Assembly (NCBI GenBank): GCA_044229975.1
Contig: JBGARZ010000001.1
Location: 768,001 to 832,000 of the forward strand
Reading direction: 5' to 3'
Origin: Polyangiales bacterium
Lineage (GTDB): Bacteria; Myxococcota_A; Polyangia; Polyangiales; Ga0077539
Length of the DNA stretch: 64,000 bases
In this document: in pieces, positions 37,563 to 50,346 of the stretch
How the letters are laid out: every line of letters begins with the position of its first letter
How positions within the stretch are numbered: the first letter of the stretch is position 1
The notes under the pieces: generated by a model
What the model saw: only the letters and a program-made list of their open reading frames with translations
Database searches by the model: none
What the model was told of the DNA's origin: nothing
Program-made: the position numbers and the translations under genes

Positions 37563-38782
37563 CAGGTGCTCCGCAGGGCCTCGTTGGGGTTGAGCCGCGC
37601 CGCCTCGCGCGCCGGAAAGTATCCCGCGACCACGGCGGTCGCCACGAGCACGCCGAGGGCCGTGAGCGCCGTGCGCAGGTCGATGCTCGGGTCGCGGAAG
37701 TAGTCCGATCGAACCTCCGCGCGTCGCGCAGCCTCGACGAGGCCGACGCCTACGAGGAGACCGAGTCCGCCCGCGACGAAGGCCAGCGCCACGGCCTCGG
37801 CGAGCACCATGGTCATGACCGTCGACGGGGTCGCGCCGAGCGCGCGCCGCAGGCCGAACTCCGCCGTCCGCTCGCGCACCGACACGAACATGATGTTGCT
37901 GATGCCCACCATGCCGGAGACGAGCGTTCCGAGGCCCACGACGATGACGGCGATGTCGATGCCGCGCATCAGCGTCACGAACTTCCGAAACTCCTGCTCC
38001 GCAAACCACACGTCGACGGCGCCGCGGTCGTTGGGGTCGAAGCGCTTGCGACGCGCGAGCAGCCGTCGGATGTGGGCCGTCGCTCGCTCGGCCGAGGCGC
38101 CCGCTCGCAGGGTCGCGGTCATCACGTGCACCTGTCGGCGCGAGTCGAAGGTCTGCGCGAGCGCGCTGTACGGCATGAACACCCGGCGCAGCTCGCCCTC
38201 TCCGCCCGCGTCGGTGAAGACCCCGACGACGAGGAAGGGAACGCCGCCGATCTCCACCTGCTGCCCGACGGCCTCGCTCGCGCCGAAGAGCGTCTGCGCC
38301 ACGCGCACGCCGAGGATGACCACCCGCCGCGCGCGCGCCACATCGAGGTCGTTGATGAGCCGGCCGCGGACCACCTGCGTGCGCTCGACCACCGCGTAGC
38401 CGGGGTAGATGCCGTAGGTGGGGAAGGCGCCGTTGCGGGTTCCGCGCGTGAAGGTGAGGCCCGCGGGAGCGCTGTGGCGGGGAGAGACGTTTTCGATCTC
38501 GGGAACACCGCGCGCGATGGCCTCGACGTCGTCGATGGTGAGCATGAGCTGCCGCCCGGGGCCGAGGCCCTCGAAGCTCATGGAGGTGCGGCCGACGTTG
38601 ATCCACGCGGAGTTGGTGGCCGTGTCGGCGAAGAGCTTGTCGAGGCCGTTGCGCAAGCCCCGGCCGCCGCCGAGCAGCACCACCAGCATGAGGATTCCCC
38701 AGAACACCCCGAAGGCCGTCGCCGCGGCGCGCATGCGGTGGCGGGCCACGCCCTCGAAGACCTCGACGAGCAGATCGATCAT
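37562..38782 (-). CDS. ABC transporter permease (MacB/FtsX-like)
   Basis: GVFWGI, GRLINDLD, GISNIMFVSVRERTAEFGLRRALGA, GYFPAREAARLNPNEALR. Confidence 0.92.
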   Translation of the reverse strand: MIDLLVEVFEGVARHRMRAAATAFGVFWGILMLVVLLGGGRGLRNGLDKLFADTATNSAWINVGRTSMSFEGLGPGRQLMLTIDDVEAIARGVPEIENVSPRHSAPAGLTFTRGTRNGAFPTYGIYPGYAVVERTQVVRGRLINDLDVARARRVVILGVRVAQTLFGASEAVGQQVEIGGVPFLVVGVFTDAGGEGELRRVFMPYSALAQTFDSRRQVHVMTATLRAGASAERATAHIRRLLARRKRFDPNDRGAVDVWFAEQEFRKFVTLMRGIDIAVIVVGLGTLVSGMVGISNIMFVSVRERTAEFGLRRALGATPSTVMTMVLAEAVALAFVAGGLGLLVGVGLVEAARRAEVRSDYFRDPSIDLRTALTALGVLVATAVVAGYFPAREAARLNPNEALRST

Positions 38783-39513
38783 GGCGCGGTCACCTCAGCG
38801 CCCTGGGCGTCACCGGACACCACGCGACCGTCGCGCACGACGATGACGCGATCGGCCGCGGCGGCGACGGCGGGCTCGTGGGTGACCAGCACGATGGTTC
38901 GGCCGCGGGCGTGGATCTCGCGGAAGAGGGCCATCACCTCACCGGAGGTCCTGGAGTCGAGGTTGCCGGTGGGCTCGTCGGCGAGGATGACGGGAGGATT
39001 GTTGGCGAGCGCGCGGGCGATGGCGACGCGCTGCCGCTGGCCGCCGGAGAGCTCGTCGGGGCGGTGGGTGGCGCGGGAGGCGAGGCCGAGGCGGGCGAGC
39101 AGCGCGAGGGCGCGGCGGCGGCGCTCGGGGCGTTCGACGCCTGCGTAGGCGAGCGGGAGGGCGACGTTTTCCCAGGCCGACTTGTGGGCAAGGAGATGGA
39201 AGGACTGGAAGACGAAGCCGAGGAGCGCGTTGCGCAGGCGGGCGGCGCGGTCTTCGGAGAGGGCGCGGGTGTCGTGACCGGCGAGGGTGTAGCGGCCGGC
39301 ATCGTAGCTTTCGAGGAGGCCGAGGATGGAGAGCAGGGTGCTCTTGCCGGAGCCCGACGCGCCCATGATGGCGACGAACTCGCCGCGCTCGATGCGGAGG
39401 CTCGCGCCGTGGAGCACCGGGAGGGCGCGACCGCCGACGCGGTAGCTCTTGCGGAGGGCTTCGACCTCGACCATCACGGCGCCGGGTGTGCCCGCGCGCG
39501 GGCCTTCGCGCAA
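38779..39513 (-). CDS. ABC transporter ATP-binding protein (LolD/MacB-like)
   Basis: GASGSGKST, LSGGQRQRVAIARAL, ILADEPTGNLD, VTHE; true start may be slightly downstream. Confidence 0.95.
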   Translation of the reverse strand: MREGPRAGTPGAVMVEVEALRKSYRVGGRALPVLHGASLRIERGEFVAIMGASGSGKSTLLSILGLLESYDAGRYTLAGHDTRALSEDRAARLRNALLGFVFQSFHLLAHKSAWENVALPLAYAGVERPERRRRALALLARLGLASRATHRPDELSGGQRQRVAIARALANNPPVILADEPTGNLDSRTSGEVMALFREIHARGRTIVLVTHEPAVAAAADRVIVVRDGRVVSGDAQGAEVTAP

Positions 39514-39519
39514 GGTGCG

Positions 39520-39894
39520 CTACCGAACGAACAGGAAGTACACGCCCGCGAACAAGGCGACGAGGGTGCCGACGATGACACCCGCGATGACGGCGGGTGA
39601 GGTCGGCTTGCCGGTGGGGAGGTTGATGCCGTGGCGCGCGGCGAAGGCGACGACCGCGTCGTTGGACGCCTGGAGCGGCATCGCGAGCAGCACGCGGTGG
39701 AGGTGGAGCACCGAGAGCTGCCCCATCGGACCACGCTTGAGGTTGTCGAGCATCCACGCCTCGCGGGCGACCTGATCGCGGGCGAGCGGGCCGTAGTCGA
39801 AGCTGCACGACGCGCAGCGCCAGGTGCCGCCCATCTCCTGGATGAGCGTGTTTTCGCGGCAGCCGGGACACTGCGAGTAGAGGGTCGAGCGCAT
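39520..39894 (-). CDS. Small zinc-ribbon protein with C-terminal TM helix
   Basis: ATG 39894 in ORF 39520..40236; CPGC...CASC; TM VIAGVIVGTLVALFAGVYFLFV. Confidence 0.7.
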   Translation of the reverse strand: MRSTLYSQCPGCRENTLIQEMGGTWRCASCSFDYGPLARDQVAREAWMLDNLKRGPMGQLSVLHLHRVLLAMPLQASNDAVVAFAARHGINLPTGKPTSPAVIAGVIVGTLVALFAGVYFLFVR

Positions 39895-39942
39895 CACCGC
39901 GACGGTATCACCGGGCGGCGTACACGCGAGGCCGGAGAGGGG

Positions 39943-40097
39943 TGGTCGGAGAGAGGCCGCGAGGGCGCGAGGATCGCAAGGGTCATGAGGAGTTGGAGGT
40001 CGAAGCGGTCGCGCCACGACGGTGACCATCGACCGTGTCAGCCGCATATTCCACCGCCCCTTGCGATCCTCGCGCCCTTGCGGCCTTTCTTCGATCA
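39943..40097 (+). repeat. Intergenic long inverted repeat, 40-bp arms and 75-nt structured loop (MITE/REP-like or structured RNA)
   Basis: 39943-39982 pairs with 40058-40097: 36 Watson-Crick pairs and 4 G-T pairs, no other mismatch. Confidence 0.85.
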
Positions 40098-40109
40098 AGC
40101 CCTTCCGTC

Positions 40110-43100
40110 CTACCGAGACTCGCGGCCCGTCTCGCTCCGACGACGACGGCGGCCGAGACCCACCAGACCGAGGCCCAGCAGCGCCCATCCAGACGCTCGC
40201 GGCGACGACTCGCTTCCCGCGACGACGCACCCGCAACCGGCACTCGGCCCGGGCGCCGCCACACCTCCATCGACTTCGATGTCCGCAGTCACCGCTGCAT
40301 CCGTCCCCGCTCCCACGTCGGCCGTGGCCGATACGTCCGTAGCCGCTGTCGTGTCGCTCGCTACCGCGGCGTCCACGAGCACCGCTACATCCGTCTCGAC
40401 CAGCGCGTCCGTCGACGTCTCGACGTCCGTTTCGACCGCCGCGTCACTCTCCTGCCCGACGTCCACCGCCACCATTCCGGCGTCCACTGCCACTGGCGTG
40501 TCCACCGCGGTCATCGGCACGTCCGCGACCGCCACTGGCATGTCCACCGGCACCATCGGAACATCCACCGCAACCGGCACGTCCACCGTCGGCACCCCGG
40601 CGTCCATCACCACCAGCACGTCCACCGTCGGCATCCCCGCGTCCACGACCGTCACGACGTCCGTCGCCAATGGCACGTCCACTCCTGCATCCCGCACGCC
40701 TCCCGCGTCCGTCGTCATCCCCGCGTCGGCGCAGCCACCAATCGGTGTGCTCACGCAGCCCGTCGGCTCTGCGCACCGGTCCGTCGTGCAGGCGTTGTTG
40801 TCGTTGCAGTTGAGCACCGTCCCCGCCGCACACACGCCCGCGCGGCACGTCTCCGCGCCGTTGCACGTCACGGCGTCCGCGCACGATGTCCCGTCCGCCG
40901 CGAACCCGTCTGCCGGGCACGCCGTCGCCGCCCCGTCGCAGCTCTCCGCCGCGTCGCACACCCCCGCCGACGCGCGGCACAACCGCCCAGCCGCCACCGC
41001 GCCGCACGTCCCGTTGGCCGCCGCGCCCGCCGCCACCGTGCACGCCTGACAGTCCGCCGCGCCGCCGCCGCACGCGCTGTTGCAGCACACCCCGTCGACG
41101 CAATACCCGCTCCCGCACTGGCTCGCGTCCACGCAGCCCGTCCCATTCGCGGCGCCCGTCACCACGCCCACCGGTCCGCGGTCCACGGCGTACACGAAGT
41201 TTCTCAGCGCCGCGTTGTAGGCCGCTGCGCCGCCGCCCGCGGTCGTCGTCCACGACGGGTGCGCGCTCGCCGGGCCCGCCTGTCCGCCCGACACATACGC
41301 GATGCGACCCGCACCGAGCGTCCGCAGCGTCCACTGCGCCGACGGCCCGCCCGCGCTCCCGACCACCACCGCCGTGTCAACCCCGACGCCCGTCAGCCCG
41401 TCGCGATCACCGTTGGCTCCCGTCGGAACCGCCCCCCGCACGTCCACCACGCCCGCCGTCAGCGCGTTGGTCGCCGCCGTCACCGCCGTCGGCACGCCCG
41501 GAAGATCGACGGACCCCGTCCCTCCGACGAAGCCGATGAGCGGCAGGTCGGTCGGCGACGCGATGCTGTCGTTGCCCGTCACGAACACCCCGCCGCCGCC
41601 TCGCACGAAGCTCGTGAGCCCGCCGAAGACGGCCCCGTCGTGCACGTCGCCGAAGCCCGCGCCCGTCGCGCTCCACACCACCACGTCGTAGCCCGCGAGC
41701 GAGGCCCGCAGCCGCGCGTTGCCCCCCGCGAAGTCGTCGAGCACCACCGTCACCCGGTGCCCGTCCCCGCGCAACACATCCGGGATGTTGGTGTCCGTCT
41801 GTGAGTCCGACACGAACAACACCCGCGCCCCCGACGCGTGGAACACGAAGTTTCTCAGCGCCGCGTTGTAGGCCGCCGCACCACCGCCCGTCGTCGTCGT
41901 CCACGACGGGTGCGCGCTCGCCGGCCCCGCCTGTCCGCCCGACACATACGCGATGCGACCCGCGCCGACCGTCCGCAGCGTCCACTGCGCCAGCATCGGC
42001 GAGCCGCTCGTGGTCACCACCGCGACCGTGTCCGCGCCGAGACCGATGAGCGCGTCGCGGTCGCCGTTGGCCCCCGTCGGCGACACCCCGCGCAGGTCGG
42101 CGACGCCCGTCGTGAGCTCGTTGACCGCGTCGATGACCGCGGCCGGAGCGCCCGGCAGATCGACCCCATCCGTCGCTCCAAGGAAGCCGATGAGCGGCGG
42201 ATCGCTCGGCGACACCACGCTGTCGTTGCCCGTCACGAAGACGAACCCGCCTCCCCGCACGTAGCTCGTCACGCCGGTCAGCATCGCCGCGTCGTGCACG
42301 TCGCCGAAGCCGTTGCCCGTGGCGCTCCACACCACCGCGTCGTAGCCCGCGAGGGAGCCGCGCAGCCGCGCGTTGCCGCCCGCGAAGTCGTCGAGCACCA
42401 CCGTCACCCGGTGCCCATCGCCGCGCAGCACGTCGGGGATGTTGGTGTCCGTCCGCGAGTCCGACACGAAGAGCACCCGCGCCCCCGACGCGTGGAAGGC
42501 GAAGTTGCGCAGCGCCGCGTTGTACGCACCAGCGCCGCCCGCGGAGGTGTCGCGCCACGAGGGCGCCTCGCTGGGAGAGCCGCCGTCGCCGTTGGACACA
42601 AACGCGATGCGACCCTCACCAACGGCGCGAACGGTCCACTGCGCCTGCGCGGGCACTGGTCCCGACGCGACGACGACGGTCGTGTCCGCCCCGACGCCGA
42701 GCAGCGCGTCGCGGTCGCCGCTCGCCCCCGTCGGGACAACACCGCGGAGGTCGACGACCCCGGTGGTGAGCTCGTTGGCCGCGTTGATGGCCGCTGCCGG
42801 TGCGCCTGGAAGATCGATGGCATCCGTCGCGCCGAGCAAGGAGACGAGCACCGGGTCGGGGGGAGAGACGACGACGTCCGATCCGGTGACGAAGAGGTAG
42901 CCGCCCGCCGTCACGTAGCTCGTGAGGTTGGCCGCCGTGGCCGTTGTGTGGATGTCTCCCCGGCCGCCGCCCGTCGCGCTCCAGAACACCGCGTCGTAGC
43001 CCGCGAGCGACGCTTGCAAGCGCGTGTTGTTGTTGCCCGCGCCGTAGTCGTTGAGCACCACGTCGACGAGGTGCCCGGCGGCCCGCAGCGCCGCGGGGAT

Positions 43101-43217
43101 GTTGCGGTCGGTCTCCGAGTCGGAGACGAAGAGGATCCTCCCCGCCCACGCGGGTGTCGGTAGGGTGACGGCCAGCGCGACCACGGAGAGCGCACGACGC
43201 AGGACTCGATGCAGCAT
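40110..43217 (-). CDS. Secreted protein with three tandem ~217-aa alpha/beta domains, disintegrin-like Cys-rich region, acidic linker and MYXO-CTERM tail
   Basis: ATG 43217; signal PAWA-G; RxLFVSDS...LAGYDxVxWSATG...AYNAALRNF x3; CRASAGVCDAAESCDG; GCGCVV...WALLGLGLVGLGRRRRR. Confidence 0.88.
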   Translation of the reverse strand: MLHRVLRRALSVVALAVTLPTPAWAGRILFVSDSETDRNIPAALRAAGHLVDVVLNDYGAGNNNTRLQASLAGYDAVFWSATGGGRGDIHTTATAANLTSYVTAGGYLFVTGSDVVVSPPDPVLVSLLGATDAIDLPGAPAAAINAANELTTGVVDLRGVVPTGASGDRDALLGVGADTTVVVASGPVPAQAQWTVRAVGEGRIAFVSNGDGGSPSEAPSWRDTSAGGAGAYNAALRNFAFHASGARVLFVSDSRTDTNIPDVLRGDGHRVTVVLDDFAGGNARLRGSLAGYDAVVWSATGNGFGDVHDAAMLTGVTSYVRGGGFVFVTGNDSVVSPSDPPLIGFLGATDGVDLPGAPAAVIDAVNELTTGVADLRGVSPTGANGDRDALIGLGADTVAVVTTSGSPMLAQWTLRTVGAGRIAYVSGGQAGPASAHPSWTTTTGGGAAAYNAALRNFVFHASGARVLFVSDSQTDTNIPDVLRGDGHRVTVVLDDFAGGNARLRASLAGYDVVVWSATGAGFGDVHDGAVFGGLTSFVRGGGGVFVTGNDSIASPTDLPLIGFVGGTGSVDLPGVPTAVTAATNALTAGVVDVRGAVPTGANGDRDGLTGVGVDTAVVVGSAGGPSAQWTLRTLGAGRIAYVSGGQAGPASAHPSWTTTAGGGAAAYNAALRNFVYAVDRGPVGVVTGAANGTGCVDASQCGSGYCVDGVCCNSACGGGAADCQACTVAAGAAANGTCGAVAAGRLCRASAGVCDAAESCDGAATACPADGFAADGTSCADAVTCNGAETCRAGVCAAGTVLNCNDNNACTTDRCAEPTGCVSTPIGGCADAGMTTDAGGVRDAGVDVPLATDVVTVVDAGMPTVDVLVVMDAGVPTVDVPVAVDVPMVPVDMPVAVADVPMTAVDTPVAVDAGMVAVDVGQESDAAVETDVETSTDALVETDVAVLVDAAVASDTTAATDVSATADVGAGTDAAVTADIEVDGGVAAPGPSAGCGCVVAGSESSPRASGWALLGLGLVGLGRRRRRSETGRESR
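41190..43143 (-). repeat. Intragenic triplication, about 650 bp per unit
   Basis: CACGAAGTTTCTCAGCGCCGCGTTGTAGGCCGC at 41193 and 41844, with a diverged copy near 42500. Confidence 0.85.
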
Positions 43218-43385
43218 AGAAGCCGGTGACCTCCCGCGCGCTCGGGGTGAGCGCACCGCAGGAGGGGTAGCAACGCCCCCGGCGTCGGCGATGTCCGTCG
43301 TCGGCCACGCGCTGCACGAGCGACGGCCACGGACGCGGCGCTTCGTTACCTCCGCGCGCGACCTGTGTTACCCCAACGCAACCTT

Positions 43386-46276
<2,891 letters not shown>

Positions 46277-46280
<4 letters not shown>

Positions 46281-47500
46281 GCTCCGACGCCCACACCGCC
46301 TACGGGGTCACGCGCGTCGTGTGGAGCCCCGACGATCGCTGGCTCGCGTATGTGCGCGCCTCCGACGAGCAGGTGGTGTGCGTCGAGGCCGAGTCCGGTC
46401 GCGAGCTCTTCACCTGGAACCCGCCGCGCTTCTGGGGCGGCGTGTTCATCGCGGCGCTGTCGGACGAGTCGCTGCTCGTCGTGACGCGCGGGGCGGACGA
46501 CGTGCGGGTGTTCGCGGTGGTGGTGCCCGATGGCGGCGTGCTGGCCGAGTCACGCTTCGACGCGGCGCCAGGCGACATCGTGGTGGCGGCCTCGGCCGAC
46601 GGGTCGACCGCGGCGGTGTTGTCGGGTCTCACCCACGACACGAAGGATCGCGGCCACGAGCTCACCTGGCTGGACACGCGCTCGCTGACGGTGGTGGGGC
46701 GCGAGCGGGTGACCGCGATTCGTGGCGATCGGTTGCGGCGCATGGCGTTGCACCCGGACGGGCTGTGGGCGGCGTGGGTCAACCCGCAGCAGGCGCAGCG
46801 CTACGAAGAACGCCGCGAGGTCGAGCGCGTCGACCGGGGTGGCGCATCGCGGTCGGGCCCGGTGTTTACGGGCAGCGGCGACCTCCAGGTGCTGCGCTGG
46901 GTGGACGTCGATCGGCTGCTGGTGGCGGTCGAGCCCGCGACGGTGACGGGGCCCAACGCCGGGTGGACGCGCGTGCTGCTGACCGACCCGGAGCGGTCGC
47001 GGGTGGTGTTCGACGGCGAGCGCGAGGCGGCGCGCGTGGGGACGGCGCTGGTGTTCTCCGAGGTCGACGTGCACCCCGCGGACGGGCGCCTGCTGCTCTC
47101 GTGGACCAACCGCCTGACAGACCCCGGTGAGGCATCGACGGGCACGGCGACGGTGCTGCGGCGCGACGGTGAGGTGACCGTGGGCTGGCAGACGGAGACA
47201 GCGTTTACGGGGGCGTACGGTGCCCTGTGGGCGGACGAGGGCGACGGGGTCGTGGAGCTGGTCGGGCTCACCGACGAAGAGGTGGTGCTGCAACGCCGCG
47301 ACGAGCCGGGCACAGAGGCGAAGCGTCAGCGGGTGGTGCGGTTGGAGCGGCCCGCGGGCACGGCGGGTTGGGGCGCGACGGGGCGTGTGCTGGCAGCGTC
47401 GCTCGCGACGAGCCCGCGGCGGACCTGGGCGGCGATCACGTGGGCGGTGGGGCGCTACGCGAGGGACGAGCAGCTCACGTGGGTGCCGCTGGTCGGGTGA
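46277..47500 (+). CDS. Hypothetical beta-propeller-like protein
   Basis: GTG 46277 (GTGA overlap); WSPDDRWLA, ASADGS, LHPDG, VHPADG. Confidence 0.7.
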
Positions 47501-47501
47501 G

Positions 47502-48548
47502 CTACCGCTCCGATGCCGTGGCGCCGATGGCGTTGCGCACGAAGAGGTCTTCCAGCGTCTCGCGCTTCGGCGTGACGGCGTGCACCTGCGCCTTGTGGGC
47601 GACGGCGAGCGCGAGCACTTCGCCGACGTGGTCTTCGCCTTCGATGCTGAGCAGCACCTTGTCGTTGAGCCTGCCCTGCACGACCCCAGTGAGGGCGCCG
47701 AGCGCCGCGGTGAGGGCGTCATCGACGCCGGTCAGCTCCACCTCCACCGAGCGGATCTCGCGGCGCAGCAGGTCGTTGAGCGCGCCGTAGGCGGTGAGCT
47801 CGCCGCGGTTCATGATGGCGACGCGGTCGCAGAGCATCTCGACGTCCGAGAGGATGTGCGATGAGAACATCACGGTGCGCCCGCGCTCGCGCTCTTGCAG
47901 GATGATGTCGCGCACCTCCTTGCGGCCGATGGGGTCGAGGCCCGACATGGGCTCGTCGAGGATGAGCAGCTCGGGGTCGCCGATGAGCGCCTGCGCAAGG
48001 CCGGCACGCTGGAGCATGCCCTTGGAGAAGCCGTGGAGCGGACGATCCATGTCCTTGCCGAGGCCCACGCGGCGGAGGATCTCCGCGGTCTGCGAGCGCC
48101 GCTGGTGCGACGTGAGGCCGATGAGGCGACCGCAGAGGTCCATGATCTCGCGCGGCGTGAGGTACTTGTAGAGGTACGGGCTCTCGGGGAGAAACCCGAG
48201 CCGCCGTCGTGCCGTGGGATCGGTCACCGGGAGCCCGAAGAGCCGCACCTCGCCCTTCGTCGGGAAGATGAGCCCGATGAGGGTCTTGATGGTGGTGGTC
48301 TTGCCCGCGCCATTGGGACCAAGAAACCCGAAGATCTCCCCCGCCTTCACCTCGAAGGAGACGCCCTTCACGGCCTCCACCATCACGTGGATCTTCTTGC
48401 GAAGCTCCTCGTTGGCGACCCGCTTCGCGAGCGTGCGCTCCAGCCAGGTATGCCGCTGACCCGGCAGCCGCGGCGCCGTGCGGATGAAGCCGGAGGAGAA
48501 GACCTTGATGAGGTTCTTGACCTCGACGACGGTGGGGGCCGTGGTCAC
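47502..48548 (-). CDS. ABC transporter ATP-binding protein (ABC-2 type)
   Basis: GTG 48548 (GTGA overlap); GPNGAGKTT, FSKGMLQR, LILDEPMSGLD, SSHIL. Confidence 0.92.
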   Translation of the reverse strand: MTTAPTVVEVKNLIKVFSSGFIRTAPRLPGQRHTWLERTLAKRVANEELRKKIHVMVEAVKGVSFEVKAGEIFGFLGPNGAGKTTTIKTLIGLIFPTKGEVRLFGLPVTDPTARRRLGFLPESPYLYKYLTPREIMDLCGRLIGLTSHQRRSQTAEILRRVGLGKDMDRPLHGFSKGMLQRAGLAQALIGDPELLILDEPMSGLDPIGRKEVRDIILQERERGRTVMFSSHILSDVEMLCDRVAIMNRGELTAYGALNDLLRREIRSVEVELTGVDDALTAALGALTGVVQGRLNDKVLLSIEGEDHVGEVLALAVAHKAQVHAVTPKRETLEDLFVRNAIGATASER

Positions 48549-49708
48549 AGCCGCACCGCCCGATCGCCCAGCGCCCAACCGGCGTGTCGCTTGAGTTGTT
48601 CGATGACCACGCCTGCGTCGTCTTCCGACATCCCCGGATGCAGCGGAACCGCCACCCCTCCGTCCACCACCGCATCGGTCACCGGAAACCTCCGCACGTT
48701 GTTGACGCCCAGCGCCGCGAACTGGGGCAGGCGGTGCAGCGCGTACGAGAGAATCCCCGCCTCGACGCCGGACTCCCGCAGCCCCGCCACCAGCGCATCA
48801 CGCGCCCCGCGACGATCGCCCGCAAAGGTCCCCGAGGTGGGCGTCGGCAGCACGAAGCCCAGCGTCTGGTGGTTGACCGTCGACCCTTCGGGCGCGCCCT
48901 GCCACGCCAGCGCGAGCGACTCGCGGATGGCCGTCGCGAGCGAGCGACGGCGCGAGAGCATCTCGTCGAGCTTCGCCATCTGGAGCACGCCGAGCGCCCC
49001 GTGCAGCTCGCTCAGGCGCGCGTTGGGCCCCGGGCCGACGAAGACGCCCACCGAGCGTTGGCCGTGGTTGCGCAGCGCCGCGATGAGCTCTCCGCGCGCC
49101 TGGTCGTAGGTGAGCACCATGCCGCCCTCGGCCGTGGTCACCACCTTGCGCGGGTGAAACGAGTACGTCGCCACGTCGCCCAGCGCGCCGCACGGTTGGC
49201 CGCGCAGCGTCGACCCGATGGCGCACGCAGCGTCTTCGATGAGGTCGATGTCCGAGGCGAGCGCCCGCAGCGCCGGCACCTCCGCGGGAACCCCAAACTG
49301 GTCGACCGCGATGATGGCGCGCGTGCGCGGCGTGAGGGCGAGGGCGACTTCGGCGGGGGAGAGGTTCCAGGTGACGGGGTCGACGTCGACGAGCACCGCG
49401 TCGGCGTGGCGCAGCAGCACCGCGTTGCCGGGCGACGGCCACGTGAGCGCCGGGACGATCACCTCGTCGCCCGCGGTCACGCCGCGCGGCGTGGTGGCGA
49501 GGCAGAGCTCGAGCGCGGTGGTTCCCGTGGAGACGGCGAGCGCGTGGAGGGGCGGTGCGGAGGGCGCGCCGAGGCCGTGGAGGAAGGCGCGCACGGCCTG
49601 CTCGAAGGCGGCGACGCGGGCACCCTGGACGAGCATGCCCGAGGCGAGAACCTCGGTGAGCGCGACGCCCTCGGCGTCGGAAAAGTACGGTCTCGTCAGT
49701 CGGATCAC
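48545..49708 (-). CDS. DegT/DnrJ/EryC1/StrS family aminotransferase
   Basis: Likely GTG 49708; STGTTAL, GDEVIVP, IEDAACAIGS, YSFHPRKVVTTAEGG. Confidence 0.92.
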   Translation of the reverse strand: MIRLTRPYFSDAEGVALTEVLASGMLVQGARVAAFEQAVRAFLHGLGAPSAPPLHALAVSTGTTALELCLATTPRGVTAGDEVIVPALTWPSPGNAVLLRHADAVLVDVDPVTWNLSPAEVALALTPRTRAIIAVDQFGVPAEVPALRALASDIDLIEDAACAIGSTLRGQPCGALGDVATYSFHPRKVVTTAEGGMVLTYDQARGELIAALRNHGQRSVGVFVGPGPNARLSELHGALGVLQMAKLDEMLSRRRSLATAIRESLALAWQGAPEGSTVNHQTLGFVLPTPTSGTFAGDRRGARDALVAGLRESGVEAGILSYALHRLPQFAALGVNNVRRFPVTDAVVDGGVAVPLHPGMSEDDAGVVIEQLKRHAGWALGDRAVRL

Positions 49709-49756
49709 GATGGGTGTCGCGAGTGTATCCGAGGCGCGGAGGTGGTGTCCCGCTCC

Positions 49757-50314
49757 GTGATAGCGTCCGCGGCCGTGCGGCGCGCATCGGTTGTCTTCGC
49801 GGGCGTGTTGCTGCTCAGCCCGGCGGCTGCGGCCTACCCCCAGTGGAGCGTCGGCCTGGGGCTCGGGGGCGGCGCGCGGCTGGCCCCCGTGGACGCCCGC
49901 GAGGTGCTCATCACCATGGCGATGCGAACGGACGCGACCTTCGGCGCGCGCTCGCCCTTCGCGTGGCGGGCGGGGTTCTTCGCGTGGGTCGGGACGACGG
50001 ACTTCGTGACCCTCGACGTGGCAGTGGGCGGCGTGCTGCACGTCCCGCTCAACGCGAGCTTTCCGTTGTTGTTGTCGGCGGGTGTGATCGCGGACGTGGT
50101 GCCGGAGCCGGGGCGCGTCGGTGTTCTCGGGCGTCTGTGGTGGGGGACGCGGAGCCTCAACTACCACTCGACCTACGGCATGGCCGCGGGGCTCTGGGTG
50201 GAGGGGCGATACCGACCGGGGGAAGGGAGCGCCGACGTGCTCGCGGGCGTCGACATCGACCTGCGGGTGATGTCGCTGCCGTTCATCGCGCTGGCGGGGT
50301 GGCTCCAGCGGTAG
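49757..50314 (+). CDS. Hypothetical exported beta-rich protein
   Basis: 3' part of ORF 48584..50314; signal ending AAAA-YP; RLWWGTRSLNYHSTY; start uncertain. Confidence 0.7.
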   Translation: MIASAAVRRASVVFAGVLLLSPAAAAYPQWSVGLGLGGGARLAPVDAREVLITMAMRTDATFGARSPFAWRAGFFAWVGTTDFVTLDVAVGGVLHVPLNASFPLLLSAGVIADVVPEPGRVGVLGRLWWGTRSLNYHSTYGMAAGLWVEGRYRPGEGSADVLAGVDIDLRVMSLPFIALAGWLQR

Positions 50315-50346
50315 CGGGACTGGCGCGGTCTGATAGCGTGCGGCGC

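Noticed and set aside
39943..40097. Integron attC site or retron msr-msd
   Set aside because: No RYYYAAC/GTTRRRY boxes, and no integrase or reverse transcriptase nearby.
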